64,000 nt of DNA from positions 26,722,001-26,786,000 of the forward strand of contig OZ024758.1 of NCBI GenBank assembly GCA_964016885.1, written 5' to 3'. How positions within the stretch are numbered: the first letter of the stretch is position 1; the number at the start of each line of letters is the position of its first letter. This stretch comes from Eledone cirrhosa. Its lineage: Eukaryota. The notes below the pieces were generated by a model. That model made no database searches. It saw only the letters and a list, made by a program, of their open reading frames with translations, and was not told the origin of the DNA. Positions 24,086 through 37,790 of the stretch are shown here, piece by piece. A program made the translations under genes and the position numbers.

Positions 24086-25691
24086 GGTTGTTAGTGGTGG
24101 TAGTTAGGGTGTAGTCTACCTAATATGCAGGAATGGGAAACATTTAGTTTGAACTTTTGTAGTTTAACATTTGGAAAGAAGATAAGAGAAAAGGGAATAT
24201 TTATTGATATAGAGTATCGTGGTAGGAGATTTCGATGTTGAAAGTTTTGAAGGTCGGACTGTTATTACAGTATGGAGAAAGAGCCAAGGGATATAGTGTA
24301 ATAATTAGGTGGGAGCTGGAAATATGGGGCTGCAAGTTTGCCTTTCAGGCAGATAAGTATTTCTGTATAGATACAGTGTAATATTTCAGTGATGGGGACA
24401 AGTGTGACGTTCTAGATTCTGCTCTAGTACTCTATTATAAAATGTCATTGTAAAAGTCCCCTGGGATAAAATTCCTGTTAGCATTGAAAACAAAGCCTAA
24501 TCTCCCCCCAATAACTATGTTCAAGATATTATCTCCAAAAGTGAGACCAGAGTTGTGGGGGGGGGGGAGTATATTTCTGTTCCTGGGGGTGAGTAATGTT
24601 TGGGGCAATTGATAATTGTATGTGGGTGGGGAAAGGAGGGGGAGGGGCATGATCATGTTGACAATCATGTATAACATTTGGGGGCTTTTCCAGAAGTAGG
24701 TTTGGCTCAAATCTACTTAGAGGAATAATTTAGAATATGCCTCTTAACTTCAAGTCTTCTCCTCCCAATTCCAGAAGCTCTTATTTACAAATATCTACTA
24801 ATTTCTTAGTCTTGCATTTTCACTATGTCGGTGTCAACTGTGATCACAATATTATTGGTTTCTGATTTAGGCACAAGGCCAACAATTTAGGTGGGGAGGG
24901 GGAAAGTCGATTAAATCAACCCCCAATGTGTCACTAGAGTCTTCTTATACCCAGATTTTCTCTCAGTTCATCCATGGTTTATCATTCACACACCTTAACA
25001 TTTTATTTTATCATTTTATTTTATCGCCCCGTAAGAGTGAAAGGCAAAGCTAACTTCGGTGGGATTTGAACTCAGAATATAAATGTATAAAAGTTTACTC
25101 AGCTGTAGAAATGAGATGATAGGGACTGGGGTCCCTATCATTCCACAGCAAAGTGGAGGTGCCACAGCAAAAAAGTACCCAGCACTCACTGTAAATGAGG
25201 TTGGTGTTAGGAAGGGCATCCAGCTGTAGAAATCAAGCCAAAATCAGTTCCCGTATGAGCAAGACAAGGTCAGCTGACTGGACACTGCCCCCAAAACACA
25301 GGACAACCTGTCTAACCCACGGACGTAAAACGGTGATGATGTTGAAAAGCAACAGAAAGCGTTTTAGCCTAACTAATTAGGAAAGGTCAAATTAGATGAA
25401 ATGTGGTTTGTTTTGTACCAGGAAAGAGTACCGTATCTGATAGAAATACAATGTTAAGGTGTCATCATCATCATCATCATCGTTTAACGTCCATATTCCA
25501 CGCTTGCATAGGTTTGGACGGGAGTTTTCCCACTTGAGGCAAGAGTGGTTGTCTTGCTCGCATAGGACTGTCTGGCGGGTTTTCTACAGCTGGATGCCCT
25601 TCCTAACACCAACCACATTTAGAGTGTGGGACTGGGAGGTTTTTACCGTGTTGCCTACACGGCCACATTACAGCGTGGACTGTGTGTTTTT

Positions 25692-26030
25692 TGTGTGAAT
25701 GATAAACCATGGATGAACTGAGAGAAAATCTGGGTACAAGAAGACTCTAGTGTACAAGAGAGAAGACTTCACTGGTGTGGTCATGTGATGCATATAGATG
25801 ATAATCATTGGGTGAAGGAGTGCCAAGAAATCCCAGTGGAATGGAGCTACAGTAAGGGAAGATCAAGGAACACATGGGTAGCAGTAGTGAGAGCTGATCT
25901 CAGATCATTGAAACTGGCAGAGGAGATGATGAAGGACCTCAACAAGTGGATAGTTGCTGTGCTGGAAAAGGCCCGTCTAACCCATGCAATCATGGTTAAA
26001 GCAGATGGAAAATAATGATGATGGTGATGC
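25692..26030 (+). mobile_element. RTE-clade LINE 3' fragment (decayed)
   Basis: Decayed translation LHWCGHVMHIDD..WVKEC..V..KGRSRNTW..VVRADL, the typical RTE C-terminus; followed by a (tga)n tail. Confidence 0.7.
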
Positions 26031-26339
26031 TTTGCAGCATAAAGTTATGGCTCTTTACGGTCTGAGTTCAGATCCCGCTGAGGTTAGCTTTGCCTTTCAT
26101 CCTTACGGGGTTGATAAAGTAAAACACCAGTAATGCACTGGGGTCAATTTAATCAACTTTCGTTTCCCTTCAAATTGCTGGCCTTGTCCCTAAAGTAAAA
26201 ACAATTATAAATAGTATTTTAATTTGATAATTTTTTTTTATTTGCTTTGTAAATATTTATTTTTCTCACTCAGTAGTGGAATAATTCTTGAATAATTTAT
26301 TAATTATTTTTTTTTTTTTGTTCTTGTTCAATTCTTTAG

Positions 26340-26410
26340 GTCTATGCCTTGGATTGGAGTCCTGATGGCCAAAGAGTAGCAAGTGGCAGCAAAGATAAGA
26401 CACTAAAAAT
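26340..26410 (+). CDS. NLE1: Notchless homolog 1, penultimate (or last) coding exon
   Basis: Long T-tract plus tttAG|. Translates VYALDWSPDGQRVASGSKDKTLK, then AT|GTaagt. Phase 0 start fits the previous exon; matches the NLE1 C-terminal WD repeat. Confidence 0.95.
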
Positions 26411-26707
26411 GTAAGTATTTTATCTATTTTATTTTACTTTATGTCTTTCAGCTAAACCCACTTTTTTTCTTTTCTGATATTATGTTTTTATTAATTCTGT
26501 TTTGTTGACGGAATGATGGAATATATATTTTGAAATATTTCAATTTTCTTATGGACTTTTTCATCACATAATTATTCAATTATACTCATGTTCATAAGTT
26601 AGCATTCTAACCTATGAACATACATATAATTGGACAATTATACAATTATATATTAACAGAGATTGAAACCAGAGATAATCAACTGTTTCTATGTTTCTTA
26701 GTGTATG

Positions 26708-27626
26708 GATAGATGTGTGTTAAGATATTTAACTGTAGATAGATGTGTGTTGAGATATTTAACTGTAGATAGATGTGTGTTGAGATATTTAACTGTAGAT
26801 AGATGTGTGTTAAGATATTTAACTGTAGATAGATGTGTGTTAAGATATTTAACTTAAGATAGATGTGTGTTAAGATATTTAACTGTAGATAGATGTGTGT
26901 TGAGATATTTAACTGTAGATAGATGTGTGTTGAGATATTTAACTGTAGATAGATGTGTTGAGATATTTAACTGTAGATAGATGTGTGTTAAGATATTTAA
27001 CTGTAGATAGATGTGTGTTAAGATATTTAACTTAAGATAGATGTGTGTTGAGATATTTAACTGTAGATAGATGTGTGTTAAGATATTTATCTGTAGATAG
27101 ATGTGTGTTGAGATATTTAACTGTAGATAGATGTGTGTTGAGATATTTAACTGTAGATAGATGTGTTGAGATATTTAACTGTAGATAGGTGTGTGTTAAG
27201 ATATTTAACTGTAGATAGATGTGTGTTAAGATATTTAACTGTAGATAGATGTGTTAAGATATTTAACTGGTAGATAGATGTGTGTTAAGATATTTAACTG
27301 TAGATAGATGTGTGTTGAGATATTTAACTGTAGATAGATGTGTGTTGAGATATTTAACTTAAGATAGATGTGTGTTGAGATATTTAACTGTAGATAGATG
27401 TGTTAAGATATTTAACTGTAGATAGATGTGTGTTAAGATATTTAACTATAGGTAGATGTGTGTTAAGATATTTAACTTAAGATAGATGTGTTAAGATATT
27501 TAACTGTAGATAGATGTGTTAAGATATTTAATTGTAGATAGATGTGTGTTAAGATATTTAACTATAGGTAGATGTGTGTTAAGATATTTAACTATAGATA
27601 GATGTGTGTTGAGATATTTAACTATA
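26708..27626. repeat. 30-bp satellite (tagatagatgtgtgttRagatatttaactg), ~31 units
   Basis: Direct periodicity. Confidence 0.95.
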
Positions 27627-28103
27627 CAGTGGAACCTCAGTTCACAAACTTAACTCATTCCTGAAAGCTATTCGTAAATCAAAACTATATTTTTCCATAC
27701 GTAATGTAGAGAGAGAAATACAGTGAGAGAAAGAGAGGCTATGTGTGTAAGACAGATAGATATTACCATAGTAACTAACTACATAGTAAATGATGCTTTT
27801 TGATTTCTTTGGGGCATTGTCCCCATAAACTTGCTTGCTCCAGAGCATCAATGATTTGGCTGCTCTGCCACCCTAGCTTCACCATGAATTTGATGTTTTG
27901 ATGGACGCCATGTTGCTTGAGCAAGTGCTGACTTCCAATTGGCAGCACTGCATTGCAACATGCATTTAAGGGTTCATGTTAGAACATGTTGAGACATGTT
28001 AGTACGAGAACATGCAGGTTCATTGAGATCAAAATGCCTGCATATGATTTTTAGATATGTTCTTTTTCCACAAACGTTTTGAAGACCCTCATATCTTTTA
28101 ATT

Positions 28104-28168
<65 letters not shown>

Positions 28169-29176
28169 ATTGGTGTGTGTATAAGTAACTGCTAATCATC
28201 TGACTATGAAGTAGTAGTGCAACTAATTTTTATCATTTGGAGTTATGTACATAGCACAATTGCTTATTGGGGGATTTGGAATTATAACTATGTATTCAGT
28301 AGTCTTTCATCTTAACCCTTTAGCATTTAAACTGGCCGTATCCATCCAGAATTCTCTCACCTCTTTCTATGTGAAATAAAGTGTTTACCGTGAAAATACA
28401 ATAGTAAATATAGGGTAATGTAAATGCTAAAGAGTTAATAGTTTTATATATAGACTGAAAAATTGAAGATGGCAAAAACTTTAACTGATTAAAATATATT
28501 AAAATTAAACAATTTTTTTGTGAAGAGTAACTTCCAGCTGCATCAGTAAGTTATTATAGGATCAGAGAAGCCTAGGAGAGAACCCATATAGTCATGATCA
28601 GGAGGCTGACTTATTTGGAAATGTTTTATGTCTTGTGGGTCAAAGCAAATGAAAAATGAAACCGTAATGATACAAGGCTATGGATACAGCTCATTTTTAA
28701 TTACTTTAGCGTTTCACATTACAAGCATTTATCATAGAGAAAAAATAAATGCTTTTCACTGGTGATATAAAGAATAACCAAAATAGCAGGTGGCTTTTAA
28801 TATCATAACATCATTTAATTGCATCAATAAAAATATTTCTTTTGCTAAGCTACACTAAGCTCAGATATTTTAACACAGAATAATGCATATGAATGAATTA
28901 GAAGAGTGAAAATAACACAATAATAGTGTTATAACAATGTTGAGAGAACAGCATGATGGAATAAATAGATAAATACATAAATAACCGCTACAATTGGTGC
29001 TGTTTAAAGTCATTCAAGACAAATGCTTTAGTCTGAATATATAATGTCATAAAGCATTATTTCAGTTTGATATCAGATTTATCCAAGATAAGTTTGTGGT
29101 GTCATGCCTGTAAAAATAAATTTGTGATTGTCAGGACAGCTACATGACAGAGGTTGATTTGGAAAATGTTATAGTA

Positions 29177-29429
29177 CAGGGGTCCCCAACCCCTGGCCCG
29201 CGAGGGTTCTTAAAAGGGTACAGTTTGCAATAAATTCACACTCAATCTATCAATATTGCTGAATAAAACAATGTTTAAATCTATTTTTCTGCTTGAGACA
29301 GCTCTAAGTATCAATATTGAATTTTGTTTCAAATCTAACATAAGGTATAAATAAATGATTACTTATTTGTATATAAGTAGTATTAATATGGCTATCCGAC
29401 CCGCAGACCCAAAAGGTTGGGTACCCCTG
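29177..29429. mobile_element. hAT-type MITE with 8-bp TSD
   Basis: TIR caggggtccccaacc...ggttgggtacccctg; flanks ttatagta / ttatagca. Confidence 0.8.
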
Positions 29430-29439
29430 TTATAGCACT

Positions 29440-29998
29440 TGTGATCCTGGCCTTCAGATCGTCTTTCGTATTGCAGCTAGATCTGGTATGGCAGGGCACT
29501 GAGTCTTGCTGCCACACGTACAGTCTACCTGCAGCTACCTGGTCGATCCAGGGCTTTACTACCTCGCTCAGAACGCGAATCTACCCATTGGTGTTCAGCT
29601 TGAGGCCCTCAGGGAAGAAGTGAGGTGGCATGACGTCACCTTGACTGCTGACGACACCTAAGACCAATGTTGTCGCTGGAAACTTTGTCTGCATGACTCT
29701 GGGCACATCTTTGGATGAGACAGCGAGCCACCTGTTGTTCTGGGAGTTGATCTTCTGGTCTTATTTGTCCTCCCGGCGCGGATTCCAAGAAGAACTCCGT
29801 GTCTCTTCCACAAATTTGGAGGTTCAAAATGATTCATAATCAATGGAAGAGCGGACGTAAAATGATGATGAATTATTCTGAAAATAAATAATGGAAATAT
29901 AGTCACTGTTTTTATGAAGACAGGATTGACAACGGAAGTTTAAAAAATTTGCATAAAATTAGTTGAAAATTGCGAACAAATATCGTCCGCACCCTGTA
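29440..29998 (-). pseudogene. Decayed Tc1/mariner (maT/DD37D-like) transposase with one TIR
   Basis: Minus strand reads DQKINSQNNRWLAVSSKDVPRVMQTKFPATTLVLGVVSSQGDVMPPHFFPEGLKLNTNG*IRVLSEVVKPWIDQVAAGRLYVWQQDSVPCHT (QQDxAPxH motif). TIR tacagggtgcggacg at ~29984-29998. Confidence 0.8.
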
Positions 29999-31695
29999 TA
30001 TATACATATATACAAATATATATATATATACATATATATATGTATATATATATATATAAAAAAGGCTCATTTGGCCAGTGCTTTTCCCGGTTTCATGGCG
30101 TGAAGTGACTGAGAGTACAAGATTCCCCCTGGACAGGACGCCAGTCCATCACATGGTTAAACCCTCAGCTATTGCTGGTACTCATTTTCAGCTGAGTATA
30201 CTGGTGCAATGGGAAATGAAGTGTTTTGCTCAAGAACTCAACACGCAACCCAGGAATTGAACACACAACATTATGATTGTAAGTCCAACACCCTTACCAC
30301 TAGGCCAAGATATTGTTACTGAATTTTATTGTTTGTTAACCAAAGAAAACAAGAATGTTTGTATGTAACGTCACATATTCAATGATATCTGCTGGGTGGA
30401 TTAAATGACGTTATAGACCATAGTATGCCAAAATCCCTGGTCTAGATGGCAGTTAAGCATTCTTAAAGAACACCCAGCTCTAGTTTATCACAATCATAAT
30501 CAATAGATATAGAAATAAATGACACATGTTTGAGTGTGTTAATTGCAGGAGCTTCAAATTAATGGATCAAGTTATGAAAGTAGCTCAAAAGATATTAATC
30601 TAAAATAAAGTTTGGTTGAACTCAATAAATACTGGAAATGGAACTAAATAATACTAGATTTCTGATTTAAAACAATTAGTGCAAAGTACAGACAATGCTT
30701 TCTTACTTTTATTGACCTAAAGAAGACATTTTGTAGAATCTCATTCTCTATAATCCGGTAGTTGGGAGCTGTTTAGACCATCTATAAATAAATATACTAA
30801 AAGTAAGATCAATGACTGAAATGGTGGTGGGAATTGTAGTAGCACAGAGATAGTTATTTGTGCAATTAAGGTTTATTTGTTTCTGGTTGAAGTGTAGCCA
30901 ATATGGCAATATTCTTCCTTAAAGAAAAAAATAATAATGACTAAAGAAATGCCTTTATTTATTGTTCAGGAGAGGAATAGATGGGAACTCAATACTTTGT
31001 ATTTAGTGAAACAATTTAAAGTCTTAAGTCTAAAGTCTGTCTCGATCTCGGAGGCTTATCAGGCCGGAGCTTATTCCGGTTTCATGGCATGAAGTGACTG
31101 AGAGTACAAGACTTTCCCATGGACAGGACGCCAGTCCACCACAGGGTTAAACTCCCAGCTATTGCTGGTACTCATTTTCAGCTGAGTATACTGGAGCAAT
31201 GTCAAATGAAGTGTTTTGCTCCAGAACACAACAGACAACCCAGTTCAGGAATCAAACACACAACAATATGATCGTAAGTCCAACACCCTTACCACTAGGC
31301 CACACACCTCCACAGTGAAAGCAATAGGCATACAAATTTGCAGTAGGATCTCTGATTATTTAATAAGAAACCAGAGGGTTTTCTTGTGTGAATATGTTTG
31401 ATATATGATATAACTATTGAAATTTAACTAGTGGTAACATAATCTACATCTCTCTCACTGGTTTTAGAGGGGCTGTGAGGTTGTACAGGACATATCTAAC
31501 CTCTTCCTTTAGATGAAATTTTAAAAACTGTAGCAGTTGAAGAAGATCAAAGAAATATAGAGAACATTATACAACTTGAAAAACTCTTTGCCTTTTAACA
31601 AAATATTTCTCACCCTTTATAAAGGGTGAATTTGTGCAAGGGGCATTAAGACATTTTAAGTTGTATAGCATGAAGTTCAAACTGTTTTAGGCTAT

Positions 31696-32508
31696 ACTAG
31701 CAGAATGGCCCGGCGTTGCTCGAGATTTGCTCTAGGGTTCTTATATATTTTATATATATTTCTCACCCTTTATAAAGGGTGAATTTGTGCAAGGGGCATT
31801 AAGACATTTTAAGTTGTATAGCATGAAGTTCAAACTGTTATGTGCAAGGGGCATTAAGACGGTAGTCACGGAATAGGCAGACCTAGAAAAACCTGGGACG
31901 AGCTGATAAACTCCGACATCACACACTTACACCTCTCCAAGACAATGTCACTGGACCGAGACCTTTGGCGGTACTCAGTAACAGAGAAGACCCGCCTTAC
32001 CTAAATATATAGTAAAACCTACTCCAGCCAGTAGGCATCTCTAACAAAATACACCCCCGTCCCACCACCACCACCCCCACCCCATCCACACCACCCCGTT
32101 CTATGTAAAGTTATGTTGGTGCCGCGCCATCGAGGCCGAAACAAATGAGATCGTGTAGGTGTCACAACAAAAAAAACACACAGTCCACGCTGTAATGTGG
32201 CCGTGTAGGCAACACGGTAAAAACCTCCCAGACCCACACTGTAAATGTGGTTGGTGTTAGGAAGGGCATCCAGCTGTAGAAAACCCGCCAGACAGTCCTA
32301 TGCGAGCAAGACAATCACTCTTGCCTCAAGTGGGACTACCCCCGTCCAAACCCATGGAAGCGTGGAACACGGACGTTAAACGTTGATGATGGTGATGATG
32401 ATGATATTTATCCTTATCGAGCCTCGTGAAATAAATACGTTTGTTTATATTTTGTTATTGTGTATGCAAAAATATCTGTACATGAATATATAATTATATA
32501 TATATAAT

Positions 32509-32541
<33 letters not shown>

Positions 32542-33156
32542 ACAGTACAGAGAAGTACGGAATACCTCGGCCTTGGGATGGTACCTACATTTTGTGCCTA
32601 TAAAAAAAAATTTGTCATAGATTATCAGGGGTTTTTTTCATGCGAAGAAAATCAATACTTTATCGCGAAATAAATACTTTTGTTTATATTTTGTTATTGT
32701 ATTTGCAAAAATATCTGTACACGAATATATAATTATATAACAGATTAAAGTTTAAGCAAAGAATCGCTGCTTTCACCCTTAACGGGATATTCTGAAACTA
32801 AAAAAAATCAATCTGTGAACGCAGAAGTAAATATTTCGAAAAACGTTACACATTATATATATATACACACACACTATATATATACATATATACACACAGC
32901 TACGTCATAATATTGTAATGCAGATAGCGAGACATACAGACATATTATAAGGGTGCAACGTTATATCTATGTATCTATCTAAAAAGAGAAAGAGAGATTG
33001 CTAAATCGCCTAATGCGGTCCCTAGGGCAAAACACTCACAGGACCATAAGTATTACATGTGTAAAGTTTGAAAACAATCGGTTGGGTGGTTCTCGAGTTT
33101 TAGTGATTGGACAGACAGACAGACAGACAGACATTCTCTGTTTTAGATATATAGAT
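31696..33156 (+). mobile_element. Helitron/Helentron-associated non-autonomous element (DINE-1/Lep1-like architecture) with nested SINE
   Basis: 5' actagcagaatggcccggcgttgctcg; 3' tgtaaagtttgaaaacaatcgg...(acag)n...tatatagat. Homologous ends at 58800-59454 (-). Confidence 0.7.
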
Positions 33157-34346
33157 AGTATGAAGTTCAGGTTGTTTTAGGCTATATAGTATGTCAGGCT
33201 GTTTTAGGCTATATAATATGAAGTTCAAACTGTTTTAGGCTATATAGTATGAAGTTCAGACTGTTTTAGGCTATATAGTATGAAGTTCAGACTGTTTTAG
33301 GCTATATAGTATGAAGTTCAGACTGTTTTAGGTTATATAGTATGAAGTTCAGACTGTTTTATGCTATATAGTATGAAGTTCAGACTGTTTTATGCTATAT
33401 AGTATGAAGTTCAGACTGCTTTAGGGTATATAGTATGAAGTTCAGACTGTTTTAGGTTATATAGTATGAAGTTCAGACTGTTTTATGCTATATAGTATGA
33501 AGTTCAGACTGTTTTAGGCTATATAGTATGAAGTTCAGACTGTTTTAGGTTATATAGTATGAAGTTCAGACTGTTTTATGCTATATAGTATGAAGTTCAG
33601 ACTGTTTTAGGCTATATAGTATGAAGTTCAGACTGTTTTATGCTATATAGTATGAAGTTCAGACTGTTTTAGGGTATATAGTATGAAGTTCAGACTGTTT
33701 TATGCTATATAATATGAAGTTCAGACTGTTTTAGGCTATATAGTATGAAGTTCAGATTGTTTTAGGCTATATAGTATGTCAGGCTGTTTTAGGCTATATA
33801 GTATGAAGTTCAGACTGTTTTAGTTTATATAGTATGAAGTTCAGACTGTTTTAGTCTATATAGTATGAAGTTCAGGCTGTTTTAGGCTATTTAGTATAAA
33901 GTTCAGACTGTTTTAGGCTATATAGTATGAAGTTCAGGCTGTTTTAGGCTATATAGTATGAAGTTCAGGCTGTTTTAGTCTATATAGTATGAAGTTCAGG
34001 CTGTTTTAGGTTATATAGTATGAAGTTCAGATTGTTTTATGCTATATAGTATGAAGTTCAGACTGTTTTAGGCTATATAGTATGAAGTTCAGACTGTTTT
34101 AGTTTATATAGTATGAAGTTCAGACTGTTTTAGTCTATATAGTATGAAGTTCAGGCTGTTTTAGGCTATTTAGTATAAAGTTCAAACTGTTTTAGGCTAT
34201 ATAGTATGAAGTTCAGGCTGTTTTAGGCTATATAGTATGAAGTTCAGGCTGTTTTAGTCTATATAGTATGAAGTTCAGGCTGTTTTAGGTTATATAGTAT
34301 GAAGTTCAGACTGTTTTAGGCTATATAGTTTGAAGTTCAGACTGTT
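33157..34346. repeat. 31-bp satellite (tagtatgaagttcagactgttttaggctata), ~38 units; one further unit at ~31665-31695
   Basis: Direct periodicity. Confidence 0.95.
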
Positions 34347-37300
34347 AGTAGCAATGGAGACTGTGACCGAATAATTGCCACTGGTCCACCATCTTCAAAA
34401 GTTAAACAAAAGAATTCAGTATGAAAATAATCTTTTTAATGTGTACACTGCCAGTTTAGAATGCTGAATATTTTATGAGTTTTGGTTAGTTTATTTTATC
34501 ACCTAATTAATCCCAGTTTTCTTGAGTTGGTACACCATATCCCTGCATGTTGTAAGAGGCAATAAAAGGGTTAATGTCAGAAAGGGTTGCAAAACATCTC
34601 AAACCATCCCATCCAAACAGAGTATGGAAAAATGGACGTAAAAATAATGATAATGGTTTCTCATTTAGGCACAAGGCCAACAATTTTTGGGTAGAAGTCG
34701 ATTAAATTGACCCCAGTGCATTTCTGGTACTTTATTTTATTGATCCCATAAGGATGAAAGGCAAAGTTAATCTTGGTGGGATTTGAATTCAGAAAGTAAA
34801 GGGACGTAACTCTATGCCACAAAGCATGTCTGACGCTCTAACAATACTGCCAGACCACCGTCCTCATGATGATGATGATCATCATCATCATCAAGCATCA
34901 ATTTTTCCACGCTATCATGGGTCAGATGAGTTGTCCTGTTTGAGGCATGTTGGGTCATGTGACCGTGTCTTGCTCACACAGAACTGTTTCTGGTTTGGTT
35001 TCTACAGCTGGATGCCTTTCCTAACACCAACCACTTTACAGTGTGGACTGGGTGCTTTTTATCGTGACTCCTACACAAGCACTTTACAGTGTGGGCTGGG
35101 TATAATTTTCTAAAATACTTTTTCTTCAAAATAAGGGATGCATCTTTATACAACAGTACATCCTACCCTTGAAAAATACGGTACTTACATAGAAGTTCTT
35201 TGTGATGTTTTGGTTTGATTTGTTTTGGTGGATGTTTGGGTTCTTTAGCTGTATCTCTTTTTATATAAAACATGGCATCTGTTGTTGGTTTTAGTATTGG
35301 TGATGTAGTTTTTGAGGTGTATAGGTAAATACTTGAAAAAGAATAAAAGGGAAATTCAATAAATAATCTATAAAAGACATCAAGCCATTGACTGGATTGG
35401 AACCCTCAGTAAAATTCTTCATATTTCTAGAAATAATATTGAAACAGCTCTGCTTTAGTGTTTAGATAAAATGTTTACTTATATTTATATTTGTAATGAG
35501 ATTTTTGGTTTGTTGTTGTTGTTGGTTCAAAAGAAATATGTTTGCCAATGACTAAGCATATATATGTATGTGCTAGAGGAGGAGAATAACTGTCACATAT
35601 TAATGCATATATTTTATCACCTTTACAATGGTGAACTATATCCTTTTTGGTGCCTTCCTGTCTCTGGAATTCGGAGAAAAGCTGCCTGAGGCTATAATAA
35701 CTTTAAAAACAAACTTAGTTTTTTTTCTATATTTTTCTTTTATAATTTGCTTACTTTCAATATTTGTTTTTGAAGTTATAGACATTCTCAGATAATGGGT
35801 TAGTGGAGGATTAAACCTTTCCTTGCTTAGCTTATAAAATGTATCATATTTGGCAAATTTGTGTGTGTGTTTGTGTGTCCATGTGTGTGTGTGTTGGCGT
35901 GTGTATGTGTGTGATTAGATGCTTAACTATATTTTCTTTAAATGGCTGTCAGAATGAAAATATTAACTGACTAACGACTAAGATATATTTAGTTCTTGTT
36001 CTTAGTTACAAGTTTCACATTGACACCAACAAAAAATTTCATAACACCTAATTAAATCATTACTTTAATCATCATCGTCATCATCATCATCCAGTTTTTG
36101 ATTATGCAGGACACAATTAATCCCTAAGTAAGGGTGGGTCCTGTCTGACAGTACACCTTAGAGTCCTGTTCCCCGTAATGGTGGCTTCACATATCCTTGT
36201 AATAAAGGTTTGATCTTTTTTCATATGATCAATCATTTCATAAGATCGACATTATAAATTAAATTGATTTCGGTAATATTTTTCTCTAAATATCTTCTGT
36301 AATTTCTAAAATATGTTTTTAACCCTCTAACATTTACATCACTCTATATATACTATTGTATTTTTGTGGTAAAAGCTTTATCTTACATAATATCGAATCT
36401 ACGAGATTTTGATGTTATTTATTTTGAGAACAATACCTTAACCCTTTAACATTACTCTATATTTACTATTGTATTTCCACGGTATCTTACATAATTATCT
36501 CACATAATATCAAATCTATGATATTTTGATGTTATTTATTTTGAGAACAATACCTTAACATTGGTATGAGTGGCCGGTTACAGCCAGTTTCAACAGAAAA
36601 GGGTAGAGAATTCTGGTCGGTTGTTTCATATAGTATTAATTATAAGTTTTATTGTGATGATAATCATAATGATGTTGAAGATGATGATGATGATTATGTG
36701 GAAATAGTGCAGCTGTTATTGCTAAGACCATGATGGTAGTGATGTTGACAAAATTAGATAACTATTATTTGAACAAGCCTGTTAACAGTCCATACCTTTA
36801 TCTGGTCTGTAATAGTTACCACCAGCATGTTAACCATTTGGTTATCATACTTCTAATGAAAGATACTGGTTAAGATTTTCAAATAATTGTCTCTACTTTA
36901 GGCACAAGGCCAGCAATTACCCAGTGCATTACTGGTACTTTATTTTATCGACCCCGTAAGGTTGAAAGGCAAAGTCAACCTCGGCGGGATTTGAACTCAG
37001 ATCGTAAAGGGACGTAACTATGCTGGAAAGCATGGCGTCCGACCCTCTACTGATACTGCCAATCCACCGCCCTTAAGATTTTCAAATAATTGTTTCTACT
37101 TTAGGCACAAGGCCAGCAATTACCCAGTGCATTACTGGTACTTTATTTTATCGACCCCGTAAGGTTGAAAGGCAAAGTCAACCTCGGCGGGATTTGAACT
37201 CAGATCGTAAAGGGACGTAACTATGCTGGAAAGCATGGCGTCCGACCCTCTACCGATACTGCCAGATTTTCAAATAATGTTGAAAATAAAGAATTTGGAG

Positions 37301-37509
37301 GGATTTAGTACCATAACAATCTATTATGTATATCTGTATTTTGGAACATAACTCGGCAAAGTCTTTTACATAAAATTATAATAGAAGGGTTTTTTTGTAG
37401 ATAAATCTAGAAACTTTAAAACAGTTTTATGGTCTAAGAATCAAGGGCAGTTCCAGGTGGTTTGACATGAAGAAGGTTAAGTTTGATTTATTAGAAGAAT
37501 AAGAAACTC

Positions 37510-37790
37510 ATCCTCTCAAGGAAGCCTGTGCAGTGCACGCTACATGTGAATGGAGTTCCACTGAAGCAAGTAGAGAAGTTCAAGTATCTCAGGGCTGTGT
37601 TCACGAGTGATGGAAGGCAGAAGACCCAGGGGTAGACTCGGAGCAAGATGGTTGGATAACATCCATGGCTGGAAACGCTTGGGGATTCAGCTGGATCAGT
37701 TGGAGATGGTTGCTTCCGACAGGGCCCACTGGAAGGAGCATTTGAGGACTCTGCCTTCCTAACCTTTCAGGAATAAGATTCTGCTGTTAG
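37510..37790 (+). mobile_element. Internally deleted RTE LINE fragment
   Basis: LSRKPVQCTLHVNGVPLKQVEKFKYLRAVFTSDGRQ (FKYLG-type motif) joined to RPRGR..ARWLDNI; same family as 61580-61795. Confidence 0.75.

Noticed and set aside
30970-31010. Good-looking acceptor (tttattgttcAG) as the NLE1 last exon
   Set aside because: Would give MRGIDGNSILCI-stop, lacking the conserved terminal Trp; unsupported.
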